Part shown: positions 25,610 to 35,301 of the stretch, piece after piece | Position numbering within the stretch: position 1 is the stretch's first letter | Layout: each line of letters opens with the position of its first letter | DNA from: Candidatus Eiseniibacteriota bacterium | GTDB taxonomy: Bacteria; Eisenbacteria; RBG-16-71-46; JABDJR01; JAWXBZ01 | Direction of reading: 5' to 3' | DNA length: 37,498 nt | Assembly: GCA_034440375.1 (NCBI GenBank) | Contig: JAWXBZ010000196.1 | Coordinates: 1-37,498 of the forward strand | Notes under the pieces: generated by a model | Databases searched by the model: none | What the model saw: only the letters and a program-made list of their open reading frames with translations | Told to the model about the DNA's origin: nothing | Made by a program: the position numbers and the translations under genes

Positions 25610-28600
25610 TGATGCACCGGAACGACGGTCCGCGCCCCCCGGTGGCCATTGGTGCGGGGATGTTTCACGCTTTGTGGCGCCGTGGCCTGGCCGCGACGTT
25701 CGGGACGCCGCTTCTCCTGATCGTCGGGTTGCACCTCGCAATCGCTGATGCGGTCGCCCGTCCCGACGACATGATTCGGGAAACCCCCGCCTCCGCCACC
25801 GGCGTGTCGTTCCGCTATATACCACCGACTCCCCGAATCCTCGACTTCGAGGGGGGCAAACCGAATCAGCGCACGATCGTCGTGGCCGATGCGGGCCTGA
25901 CCGGTGCCCTGCCGGACGACTGGATTTTGCCGGTTCACACGGCGCAGATTCTCGTCCCAGCGGGCCATGACTGGTCGCTCGATTTCCGAACGGTGTCCGG
26001 TTCGCGTATCGAGGATGTCTCCTTTGCGCGCGTGCCGACCGGTGGTCGTGCCGCGGAACGCGGTGCCGACAGCCCGCGATCGATTACCCTGGACGGCGTT
26101 TTTCCGGAATCACCGGTCACGGGATCGCTCGAGATCTACCGGGGTCGGACGCTCCTCCTCCTGACGCTGGCGCCGGTGCAGTTCGATCCCATCGACGGTA
26201 CGGCTACCACCTTCGAGTCGATCGAGGTCGATGTCCGATTCCATCGGCGCGCCGACGCCCCTGGCCGCGCCGTCCGGCCCTTCCCCACGGAATCGGCCGG
26301 GGATGATTTCTGGAAGGACCTGATACTGAACCCGGAGGCCCTGTCGGCCGACACCGGGGGCCCTCCATTGCGCTCCGAGCTGGTGGCTGCGGGAGCAGCC
26401 GGCTCGGGACGTCCGGATACCTATTTCGATGACGCGCCGATCTGGCTCAAGGTGGGGGTTAACGCGAACGGCATTTACCGCATCAACGCCGCGACCGTGA
26501 CGGCGGCTGGTGTGGACGCCCGCACCATCGATCCGGCCACGATCCGGATATTCGCCAATCCGGGGCCGGAACTGGATGAAGCCACGCACGAAGCCGATGT
26601 GCCGGCCTGGGGTGAGCGGGGTGGATTCCGCGAGCTGGCCATTCATGTCAGGGAGGGCGGTGCGTCGAACAGAACCTTCGAGGATGTGGACACGCTCCTC
26701 TTCTACGGACTGGCCATTGACAATTTCGGCAACACCTTCGATCCGGCCGGGAGCGCGGAATGGCTTGAGAATGAACACACCGGGACGAACGTCTACTGGA
26801 TGACCTGGGGAGGCAGTTTCCCGGCCGCGCCGCTGCGCATGGCCACCCTTCCGGGCGGCGCGCAAGGCGAGCCGGTCAACACCGTCCTCGAGCGAAGCCA
26901 CGTCGAGATCAACGACCCCGCCCTGTACGACCCGTTACCTCGTGAGCGGGGCGTCCGATGGGAAAAATGGTGGTGGCAGCGGATCGAGGACTCGGGCGCC
27001 AGCTATTTCTGGGACATCCCGCTTCCCGACATCGACACGACCCGGACGCTTTCCATGACGATCCGGTGGTGGGGTTCAAACACGCCGGCCTGGAGCGCAC
27101 AGGAACCAACGCAGCGCCATTTTCTCCGCGTGTCGGTCAACGACCAGCCGGAGATTGCAGCCACCTGGGGAGGCTTCCTCCAGGGGATCAGCCGGTACGA
27201 CATGGCGATTGCCGACCTGCCCGCCCGGACGACGAATCGTGTGATCGCCACGGTTACCGAGTTCGCGGGCGCCTCGTTGCGGATCGACCAGATACTCCTC
27301 GGCTGGATGGAGCTGGACTGGTGGCGGCGTCTCAGCCTCTCGGGTCAGCACCTGGCCTTCCGCGGGACGAGCGCGGCACCCGGACCGGTCACCTTTGAGG
27401 TGGCCGGCAGCGAGGGGGGTGCGCGGGTACTCGACGTCACCTCGCCCTGGGCGCCGGCGTTCGTCCCCGCCGGACGATTGGTGATTTCGGGCGTGGCCAC
27501 GCTGGCCTTCAACGTCGACGACCCTACCGGCCGCCGCTATGCCCTGGCCAATCCGGCGGGTATTCAGACGCCAATTTCCATTCAGCGGGACACGTTGCCG
27601 CAACGATGGCTGCGCGATGTCGACATGAGTGCCGACTATATCGTCATCACCGCGGATGAATTCGAGGGGAGCGCCGGCGACCTGGCCACCTGGCGCCGCA
27701 CACACCTCCGCGGCATCGCCAGCGACATGCCGGTCGGCCAGACGCCGCGCGATGCACGAACCGCCGTCGTGCGGGTGTCCGATATCTATGATGAATTTTC
27801 CGGTGGTCGACCCGACGTCGCGGCCATCCGAAATTTTCTGAAGTACGCCTGGCTCAACTGGGGATCCAGCCTGCCGGAGGATCGCCTGCGGTACGTCTGC
27901 CTCCTCGGAGATGCCAACCGTGATACCCGCGACCGCGAAGGGACCGGCGTCAGGAACCTGGTGCCGACCTGGGAAGGGGGCTATGACACGGCCACGATAC
28001 TTGATTCCAACCCGGCCTACGCCAGCGACGACTTCTTCGGCCGCTTTGACGGACCGGCCGACCGGATCACCGACCTGGCCATCGGTCGCATTCCGGTGGT
28101 CGACCCGGAGATCGCGGAGGATCTGATCCGGCGGAAGATCGTGGGCGTCGAGTCGTTCGACGGGTTCAATCCGAAACGGAATCGGGCCATCCTGGTGGCC
28201 GATGATGTCTGTCAGGCGGGGCGATCGGACCCGCTCGGCGTGACCCATATTCTGCAGACGGAGACCATCGATCGATACATCCCGAAGCAGTTTGACCGGT
28301 TGAAGATCTATCTCTATGACTACGGCCAGAATGACTGCTCACTCCTCTCCCGGCCGGGGGCCAAGCGCGACCTGATCCAGGCGATGAACGAGGGGGCCTG
28401 GCTGGTCAATTACATCGGTCACGGTGGCGACCAGGTCCTGGCCGACGAAAAGGTGCTGGAAACAACAGACGTCCCCTCGCTGACAAATCTTGAGGATCTG
28501 TCGGTGCTGGTGGCCGCCTCGTGCAGCGTCGGCAAGTTCAATCGTGCCGGGAGCGACGGGCTGGCCGAGGCCCTGGTCAAGTGGCCCAATGGTGGATGTC

Positions 28601-29886
28601 TGGGCGCGATCGCCGCCACGCACCTTTCCTTCTCGGGCGAGAATGAAGACCTGAATCGCCGCATTTTGCAGTTCCTGTTCCCGGGGGGGGACAACCGCAG
28701 CGTAACCCTTGGAACGGCGCTGCTGAAGGCCAAGATCGCCCAGACAATGACCACCAACTTCTGCTCCCCGACCGGCGATCTCGAGCCATGCGATCGACCG
28801 AAAAAGTATCTGCTCTTCGGCGATCCGGCGGCCGTGATCGTGGGCCCCAACGGCCAGATCCGGATAACCGAAGCACCGGATACACTGGATCGCGGTACGC
28901 TCGTCACGGTGCGCGGCGAAGTGATGCGCCCTGACTCGACCCGTGACGAGAGCTACCAGGGGATGATCGACCTCCTGGTCGAGGACCAACCGGACACGCG
29001 GCGGGCATTCGGTCAATCGGGCGCCGGCATCGGGGCTCCGTATGCCATCCCGGGCGCCACCATTTACAGTGGCCGGGCCGCCGTGACGGCCGGACTGTTT
29101 GAAGCCACGTTCGTCGTCCCGGTGTCGCTGCGCGGCGGGCCGAGGGGGCGGGTGCGTGCCTATGCGGCCGGCGGGGGGAGTGAAGCTGTCGGCGCCATCT
29201 CACCGCTCGCGATCGGCGGACTCGACGCCGATGCGCCGGGCGACACGACCGCTCCCAGCATCGTCATCAACGTCCCCGGCGGAACCATGGCGGCGGGGCA
29301 GGTCCTGACGATCAATATCGAGGATGACAACGGCATCAACCTGACCCGGCTTTTTGAATTTCGCTCGATCATCCTGACGTTCCTGGACGACACGGAACTG
29401 GAGCGATTCCGGGCCGACGTGACCGACGACTTCCAGTACGAAACCGGAAGTTACCGCCGCGGCATCGTTCAAACCCGCGTGCCAAACCTTCCAGGGGGGG
29501 CATACACGGTCCGCCTGACGGCCACCGACAACTTCAACAACCGCGGTGAGGCACGGCTGGCCGTCACGATCGGCACGACCGGTGGAGCCGGGGACTTGAC
29601 CGACCTTCTGGCGCTGCCCAATCCCTTCCAGGAATCGACCGAGATCACCTTCCTTCTGGCGGGAGCATCGCCCTCGGTGCGGGTGCTCGTCTATTCCGTC
29701 AGCGGCCGAAAGGTCCGGGAGTGGAACGTCGTTGGCCAGGTTGGGGAGAACCGGCTGGCGTGGGATGGCCGCGACGCGACAGGCGATGCCGTGGCCAACG
29801 GGGTTTACCTGATCAAGGTGGCCGCCCGACCCGCCGCCGGTGGCGACGAGATCGACTTGATCGAGCCAATCGTCCGCCTGCGATAG
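25609..29886 (+). CDS. porU: PorU-like C25 (gingipain family) sortase/transpeptidase with C-terminal T9SS-A/FlgD-Ig-like domain
   Basis: WLKVGVNANGIYRI, LLFYG, NVYWMTW, DYIVIT, IYDEFSGG.PD..AIRNFL, LLGD, SDDFFG, AIGRIP, catalytic NYIGHGG and AASCSVGKF, LFGDPA, DTTAPSI, ATDNFNN, CTD PNPF...YSVSGRKVR...WDGRD...NGVYL. Upstream of porV. Start 25609 (TGATG overlap) or 25660. Confidence 0.85.
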   Translation: MMHRNDGPRPPVAIGAGMFHALWRRGLAATFGTPLLLIVGLHLAIADAVARPDDMIRETPASATGVSFRYIPPTPRILDFEGGKPNQRTIVVADAGLTGALPDDWILPVHTAQILVPAGHDWSLDFRTVSGSRIEDVSFARVPTGGRAAERGADSPRSITLDGVFPESPVTGSLEIYRGRTLLLLTLAPVQFDPIDGTATTFESIEVDVRFHRRADAPGRAVRPFPTESAGDDFWKDLILNPEALSADTGGPPLRSELVAAGAAGSGRPDTYFDDAPIWLKVGVNANGIYRINAATVTAAGVDARTIDPATIRIFANPGPELDEATHEADVPAWGERGGFRELAIHVREGGASNRTFEDVDTLLFYGLAIDNFGNTFDPAGSAEWLENEHTGTNVYWMTWGGSFPAAPLRMATLPGGAQGEPVNTVLERSHVEINDPALYDPLPRERGVRWEKWWWQRIEDSGASYFWDIPLPDIDTTRTLSMTIRWWGSNTPAWSAQEPTQRHFLRVSVNDQPEIAATWGGFLQGISRYDMAIADLPARTTNRVIATVTEFAGASLRIDQILLGWMELDWWRRLSLSGQHLAFRGTSAAPGPVTFEVAGSEGGARVLDVTSPWAPAFVPAGRLVISGVATLAFNVDDPTGRRYALANPAGIQTPISIQRDTLPQRWLRDVDMSADYIVITADEFEGSAGDLATWRRTHLRGIASDMPVGQTPRDARTAVVRVSDIYDEFSGGRPDVAAIRNFLKYAWLNWGSSLPEDRLRYVCLLGDANRDTRDREGTGVRNLVPTWEGGYDTATILDSNPAYASDDFFGRFDGPADRITDLAIGRIPVVDPEIAEDLIRRKIVGVESFDGFNPKRNRAILVADDVCQAGRSDPLGVTHILQTETIDRYIPKQFDRLKIYLYDYGQNDCSLLSRPGAKRDLIQAMNEGAWLVNYIGHGGDQVLADEKVLETTDVPSLTNLEDLSVLVAASCSVGKFNRAGSDGLAEALVKWPNGGCLGAIAATHLSFSGENEDLNRRILQFLFPGGDNRSVTLGTALLKAKIAQTMTTNFCSPTGDLEPCDRPKKYLLFGDPAAVIVGPNGQIRITEAPDTLDRGTLVTVRGEVMRPDSTRDESYQGMIDLLVEDQPDTRRAFGQSGAGIGAPYAIPGATIYSGRAAVTAGLFEATFVVPVSLRGGPRGRVRAYAAGGGSEAVGAISPLAIGGLDADAPGDTTAPSIVINVPGGTMAAGQVLTINIEDDNGINLTRLFEFRSIILTFLDDTELERFRADVTDDFQYETGSYRRGIVQTRVPNLPGGAYTVRLTATDNFNNRGEARLAVTIGTTGGAGDLTDLLALPNPFQESTEITFLLAGASPSVRVLVYSVSGRKVREWNVVGQVGENRLAWDGRDATGDAVANGVYLIKVAARPAAGGDEIDLIEPIVRLR

Positions 29887-29952
29887 GGCTGGCCGGGATC
29901 GATCAGGCGGTTTCCGGAGATCCTTCCCCGGCTGGCCGGGGTACCGCGCGTC

Positions 29953-29961
29953 TGCTAGCAT
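29953..29961 (+). promoter_or_regulatory. Extended -10 (TGCTAGCAT), putative internal promoter for porV and downstream genes
   Basis: TGnTAnnnT ~100 nt upstream of ATG 30063. Confidence 0.5.
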
Positions 29962-30062
29962 AGTGCGGCAATTGAGGTTCCGAATTGGGAACCACGAAAA
30001 GTGGCGCCGGTACCACACCCGCCTGCCCCACCCCGGCCGATCATCCAACGGGAGGTTTTTCC

Positions 30063-31088
30063 ATGCCGTTTGCTCGTTTCCGACTCATGTACGCCCTTCC
30101 GGCCCTGTTGTCCCTGCTCCTGGTGGCCGGGTCGGCCCGGGCCCAGGGGACCGCTGGCGCCTACAGCCTGCAGATTCCGCCGGGCGCCCGGGCGGAGGGG
30201 ATGGGCCGAAGCTTCACCGCCATCGCCGACGATGCTTTTGCCCCCTGGTGGAATCCGGGCGGGCTGGCCTTCCTGGACGGCAAACATGCCGCGTTGATGC
30301 ACACCAAGCTTGTTCCGGATCTGGCGGACGACGTCTACTTTGAGTACCTCTCCTACGCCCAGCATCTTTCCGGTTGGGGCGGCATCGCGGCGACGATCAC
30401 CTACCTGTCGTACGGCGAGAGCCAGGCCACCGATCCGGGACAGGGAGATCTCGGCACCTTCAGTTCGTGGGAGATTGCCCCGTCGATCGCCATCGGCACA
30501 AGCATCACTGACAACCTCGGCCTCGGCGCGAATCTCAAGTATGTCCACCTCGACCTGGCGCCGGCCCTCTCTTCGACATCCGGCGAGGCCGGCAAGGGGA
30601 GCACCTTCGCGGTCGACCTGGGCGCTCTCTACCGGATTCCCGGCGCGCCGATCAACCTGGCGGTGGTGATTCAGAATCTGGGTCCGGACATTGCCCTCGT
30701 GGACGAGGAGCAGGCGGATCCACTCCCCCGGACGCTTCGCATCGGCGGAGCATGGCAGGCCCTCAGCAAGGAGGCCCACAGCCTCATCGTGGCTTTCGAT
30801 GCCGACAAGCTCCTGCTGGGTGACCAGGGGGGCGCGCCGCCCGACTCGACATTTCAGCCGACCTGGTTCGACGAGAACGAGGTCCTGTTGAACGGCGGCA
30901 TCGAATACTCCTACAACAAGCTCGTCTCCCTTCGAGTGGGCTACATCTTTGACGACCCGGGTGAGATCAAGGACTTCACGTATGGCCTCGGCGTGGCCTA
31001 TCGCGCGCTCTCGTTCGACTACGCCAGCATTCCGCAGTTCGAAGAACTGGACCGGGTCAGCAAGTTCTCGCTCTCGGTACGATTCTGA
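30063..31088 (+). CDS. porV: PorV/PorQ-family outer-membrane beta-barrel
   Basis: GGGAGG then ATG 30063; signal peptide; SLQIPPGARAEGMG, DDAFAPWWNPGGLA, NLGP, PLPRTLRIG, GIEYSY..LVSLRVGY, terminal Phe (SLSVRF). Confidence 0.88.
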   Translation: MPFARFRLMYALPALLSLLLVAGSARAQGTAGAYSLQIPPGARAEGMGRSFTAIADDAFAPWWNPGGLAFLDGKHAALMHTKLVPDLADDVYFEYLSYAQHLSGWGGIAATITYLSYGESQATDPGQGDLGTFSSWEIAPSIAIGTSITDNLGLGANLKYVHLDLAPALSSTSGEAGKGSTFAVDLGALYRIPGAPINLAVVIQNLGPDIALVDEEQADPLPRTLRIGGAWQALSKEAHSLIVAFDADKLLLGDQGGAPPDSTFQPTWFDENEVLLNGGIEYSYNKLVSLRVGYIFDDPGEIKDFTYGLGVAYRALSFDYASIPQFEELDRVSKFSLSVRF

Positions 31089-31089
31089 G

Positions 31090-34000
31090 TTGATTCGCAA
31101 GGTCATTCTGCTGCCGGCGGGTTTCTCGCGAGCCCGGCTGACGCTGGTATTAGTCGCCGGACTGGCGCTGGTCGGGGGAGACAGGGCGGCGGCCAGGGAG
31201 CCTGTCTTCCGTCTGTCGCACACCCCGTTAACCCCTTCCTCCGTTTCCCGACAGGAACGATGGAAGGGGTTTCCCTGTTTCATGGGAGCCGACGGCCACG
31301 CCATCACGTTGAAGCCGGGCGGCCCCGACGCCGGACGGATTCGTGCCGAATCCTTGAAAGACGCGCCCCTCCTGTTTGATGGATCAGGCGGCCCCGCCGA
31401 CGAGACGCGGCCGGCCGACCATGCGTCCCCGGCCATCGCCGCGCCGGGTCGCTTTGCCGCCACCGATATTGATACGCTTCGGGTGGCCATGATCCGAATT
31501 GATTTCGAAACGGACCGGAGCGGCGATTCGACAACCACGCCCGACGGTCGATTCGACCTGCGGACCGACCAGCTGCTCCCGGTCGATCCGCCGCCGCACA
31601 ACCGTAATTTTTACTCGGCTCATGGCCGCGCGCTGGCAAACTATTACCGGGCCCAATCCGCCGGCCATCTGGAGCTTGCCGTCGAGGTTTTTCCAACCGA
31701 TCCGGGCGCAGCCTACCGGCTGGGCGACACGGCCGATTACGGCCCCTGGTCGGTGGCGGCTGACAACGTGAATGTGGCCCTGGAGGCAGAAACGCTGATC
31801 AAGGATGCCCTCGGCGCCGCGTTCGCCTCCGGAGAGATCGACTTGCGTTCGTTCGATGCCTTCATCGTTGTTCATGCCGGCGCCGACTTTCAGAGTGACA
31901 TCAACTCGGATTCGCCGAATGACATTCCGACCTTTGTCCTGGAGTTCGGCGACACGGTTTTCGTCGGCGGCAAGCATATCGAACGCTGCATGGTCCTGCC
32001 TGAGACGACGACCCAGGATGGATTTTCCGGCGCACTGAACGGCGTACTGGCCCATGAGTTCGGCCACATCCTCGGCCTGCCCGACCTGTACAACGCCCGG
32101 ACTGGGCTGCCGATGGTCGGATTCTTCTCGGTGATGGACTCCGGGCACAATATCGGCGCCATCCTCGTCGACACCGATTCGACCGAGGTTGAAGTGATTG
32201 GTGTCCTGCCGTCGTCCTTCGATGCCTGGAGCCGGCTCCAGCTCTTTCTGTCGCCGGAATCGCCAGGTGGTGGATTCCTGGGATCGCGCATTGCCGTGGC
32301 CGAGGAATCGCTCGCTGTCGACCTCGGCGCGGTGCTGCTGGAACAGGAACTCATCTACTCCCCGATTCATGACAGCGAGTATTACCTGGTCGAGAATCGG
32401 GCGATCGAGCTGGACGGAAACGGCTTCCCGATCATTCGGGCCGATGCCATGACCGGCGTCATCCTGGGGCCCATCGCCGACTCGACGTTGTCGAATCCGG
32501 CCGGGGCCTTCGAATACGATGCGCTCCTGCCGTCCGGCGGCCTTCTGATCTGGCACATCGATGACCGCGTTATCTTCGGCGACCTGAGCGATCCGTTCGG
32601 CGTCAACACGAATATCGCCCGCCGCGGCGTCAAACTGGTGGAAGCGGATGGTATCGAAGACCAGGGTCGCCGTAACTTCGGCACGCCATGGGATCCGTTC
32701 TACGCAGGAAACAATTCGTTCCTTGGCCCGTTCACCCTGCCGGCCAGCACGACCAATGACGGCCAGTTCTCGCGAGTCGAGATCGGCACGATCTCGGAGC
32801 CCGGGGTCACGATGGAAGTGATCGTGCGGCGCCGGGCGGCGTTGGATGGCTGGCCAATCTTCCTGAACGACGCGATCACAATCACCTCGACCGGTCTGCT
32901 TGATGTGACCGGGGACGGCTCGCCGGAAATGCTCTTCACGTTCGGCTCGAATATCCTCGCGATCGAGGGACGGGGGGGGCGGCCATACCCGCCGCTCGAT
33001 GAGACCGGCCAGGCCCAAGCCTGGGTACGGGGACCCGCCGCGCTCGATCGGCGGCTGGCCTCCGGTGATATGTCGGATCCACGTCAGAAACAACCGTCCT
33101 CCCGAACGTCCTTCGTGGCCGCCCTCACGGCCGGAGCCGATCAGATCGTGGCCTGGGAGGCCGACGGAACTCCGATCGCGACCAGCACCGAGCGGCCGCT
33201 CCGCCAGGCCTCGACACCCCCGTCGGTGATCGCCGACGAACGATCGTTCGGTGCGTTTGGGCTGGCGTATGGCGGACAGGTCGGGCGGGTTCACCTTGCG
33301 GGCGGTTTCACACCGCTGGAACGCAAGGCCGACAGCGAAGCCTTCCAGTTCGACGGACAGCCGGACCCACCTTATGGAAACGTGGTCGCGGGGGCGTTGC
33401 GCGGGCCGACATCCTCGATCGAGGTGGCCTGGGCCACGGAGTCGGGTCGCGTGCATATCGCATCCGTTGACGCCACAACTCCTTCGAGCGGGCCCGATGG
33501 CACACGCCTCATGACGACAATCGGTTCGACGTCTTCGGCCGTGGGTGGCCGTCGGCGCCTCTCCCTGCTCGCGGCCGATTTCCGGGGAAGCGAACCAGGC
33601 GCCTATGATCTGGCTGCCGTCGACCGGACCGGCACGATCACGATGCTGGATATCGCTGGCACCACGCTGCCGGGGTGGCCGGTGGTTATTGGCGTTCCGC
33701 TCGTTGGCCACGCGGCGGCCGGCGATCTGGATGGTGAGGGGAATGCGGAACTGGTGGTCGCCGATACGCTCGGCGTCCTCACGGCCCTGAACGGGGATGG
33801 CACCATGGCGCTCCACTTTCCGGTCGCGCTCGGGTCGAAGCCGACGTCCGGGGCGATGATGGCCGATGTCGATGGCGAGCCTGGCCATGAAATCCTGTTG
33901 ATGACGGAGGACGGATCACTTCACGCCATCAATCGTGACGGGAAAGAAGCCCGCGGCTTTCCGATCGGACTGGGAGGCTACCGGATGGCAGGTAATTATC

Positions 34001-34470
34001 TCGCCGATCTCGACAACGACGGAAAAATGGACATTGCGGCCGGGTCGCCGGCCCATCTCCTTGCCGGATTCTCGACCGGACAGGCGATTCCGGATTCGAT
34101 GATTGCCTGGCGGGGTGAAGACAATGGACCGACGCGCAACGCGATCCTCGACCGACGGGTGGCCGGGGTTGGCCGGCGCACCGCACCGAGCGCCGAGGCG
34201 CAATCGCTGGTCTGCTTTCCCAATCCGGCCAGGGGAAATCAGATGAACTTCCGAATGACGCTGGCGGCCGGGCAATCAGCGGAAGCCAGTGTCTTTGATC
34301 TGGCGGGGCACCCGGTGGCGGCGGGGTTGTTGCCGATTGGGGGCGATCGGGAAGCCAACATCCCCTGGAACCTTCAGGATGTGGCACCGGGAGTCTACCT
34401 GGTACGGGTCGAAGTTTCGGGACCCGGGGCGCCGGGGAGCGTGGTACGCCTGGTTTCAGTGCTCAAGTGA
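31090..34470 (+). CDS. M6 (immune inhibitor A-like) metalloprotease with FG-GAP repeats and T9SS-A-like CTD
   Basis: Probable TTG start at 31090 giving a signal-like N-terminus; IVVHAGAD, AHEFGHILGLPDLY, SVMDSG Met-turn, EYYLVENR, GLLIWHID; FG-GAP GDLDGEGNAELVV, ADVDGEPGHEI, ADLDNDGKMDI; CTD FPNP...FDLAG...PGVYLVRV...VSVLK. Start uncertain. Confidence 0.87.
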   Translation: MIRKVILLPAGFSRARLTLVLVAGLALVGGDRAAAREPVFRLSHTPLTPSSVSRQERWKGFPCFMGADGHAITLKPGGPDAGRIRAESLKDAPLLFDGSGGPADETRPADHASPAIAAPGRFAATDIDTLRVAMIRIDFETDRSGDSTTTPDGRFDLRTDQLLPVDPPPHNRNFYSAHGRALANYYRAQSAGHLELAVEVFPTDPGAAYRLGDTADYGPWSVAADNVNVALEAETLIKDALGAAFASGEIDLRSFDAFIVVHAGADFQSDINSDSPNDIPTFVLEFGDTVFVGGKHIERCMVLPETTTQDGFSGALNGVLAHEFGHILGLPDLYNARTGLPMVGFFSVMDSGHNIGAILVDTDSTEVEVIGVLPSSFDAWSRLQLFLSPESPGGGFLGSRIAVAEESLAVDLGAVLLEQELIYSPIHDSEYYLVENRAIELDGNGFPIIRADAMTGVILGPIADSTLSNPAGAFEYDALLPSGGLLIWHIDDRVIFGDLSDPFGVNTNIARRGVKLVEADGIEDQGRRNFGTPWDPFYAGNNSFLGPFTLPASTTNDGQFSRVEIGTISEPGVTMEVIVRRRAALDGWPIFLNDAITITSTGLLDVTGDGSPEMLFTFGSNILAIEGRGGRPYPPLDETGQAQAWVRGPAALDRRLASGDMSDPRQKQPSSRTSFVAALTAGADQIVAWEADGTPIATSTERPLRQASTPPSVIADERSFGAFGLAYGGQVGRVHLAGGFTPLERKADSEAFQFDGQPDPPYGNVVAGALRGPTSSIEVAWATESGRVHIASVDATTPSSGPDGTRLMTTIGSTSSAVGGRRRLSLLAADFRGSEPGAYDLAAVDRTGTITMLDIAGTTLPGWPVVIGVPLVGHAAAGDLDGEGNAELVVADTLGVLTALNGDGTMALHFPVALGSKPTSGAMMADVDGEPGHEILLMTEDGSLHAINRDGKEARGFPIGLGGYRMAGNYLADLDNDGKMDIAAGSPAHLLAGFSTGQAIPDSMIAWRGEDNGPTRNAILDRRVAGVGRRTAPSAEAQSLVCFPNPARGNQMNFRMTLAAGQSAEASVFDLAGHPVAAGLLPIGGDREANIPWNLQDVAPGVYLVRVEVSGPGAPGSVVRLVSVLK

Positions 34471-34492
34471 CGCGAACAGGGGGGGGCAGATC

Positions 34493-35290
34493 GTGAAACG
34501 GCAACTGGTTCGAAACAACCGCTGGCTGTTCGCCGCATTGCTGTTTTTTGTGCCGTCCATGGCGGAAGCTGGCATGATGGATGCAAGAGTTCTGCGTGTG
34601 GGCGAGGATCGGCCGCTTTTGGCCCAGCGGGCGCTGGACGGACCGGAAACACCGGCGCCAGATGCCCGCCTGGACAGGGGCGACCCCCCACGCGTCAACG
34701 GGAAACGCTCTCCGGTACTGGCGGGTCTGCTTTCAATGGTGCTCCCCGGTTCCGGACAGTTCTACAATGGTAGTCGCAGCGGCTGGCTGTACCTCGGCAT
34801 CGAGGCGGCCGGCTGGGTCACCTACGCCAGCACCCGGGGCACCGGCCATGACATTGAAGCCCAGTACAAACGCTACGCGGACGCCCACTGGACCTTCGTG
34901 CGATACCGGGATCCGGGCTTCGAGGATTGCCCTGCCAATGGTCACTCCGACGAGGGCGTCCAGGACTCGACGTTGGTCCTCCTGTATGACACGCGGCGTG
35001 ATGACTACTACGAGGACATTGGAAAACTCGACATATACTCCTGCGGATGGGATGCAGCGGCCAATCGGGAGCACTATCGGGACATGCGGAACGAATCAAA
35101 CGACTTTCTTCGAACTTCACGAACCGCCGTCACGGTGGTGTTCTTGAACCACCTGGTCAGCGGTATCCTGGCGGCCCGTGGGGCGGCAAGATATAACGCC
35201 TCATTGCCGGGCGGTTCGGAGCTCGGCTTTCATCTCGATCCTTCCATCACGAATCCCGGCGCGGCCATGACCCTGAGCCGTCATTTCTGA
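34493..35290 (+). CDS. Conserved hypothetical envelope protein (DUF5683-like)
   Basis: GTG start at 34493 after a G-run; signal peptide; KRSPVLAGLLSMVLPGSGQFYNG motif; YYEDIGK...GWD; terminal Phe. Confidence 0.7.
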   Translation: MKRQLVRNNRWLFAALLFFVPSMAEAGMMDARVLRVGEDRPLLAQRALDGPETPAPDARLDRGDPPRVNGKRSPVLAGLLSMVLPGSGQFYNGSRSGWLYLGIEAAGWVTYASTRGTGHDIEAQYKRYADAHWTFVRYRDPGFEDCPANGHSDEGVQDSTLVLLYDTRRDDYYEDIGKLDIYSCGWDAAANREHYRDMRNESNDFLRTSRTAVTVVFLNHLVSGILAARGAARYNASLPGGSELGFHLDPSITNPGAAMTLSRHF

Positions 35291-35301
35291 CAGGAGTACT
35301 C

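Noticed and set aside
29955-33888. 548-aa and 834-aa minus-strand ORFs
   Set aside because: Antisense to porV and the M6 protease; no independent coding evidence.
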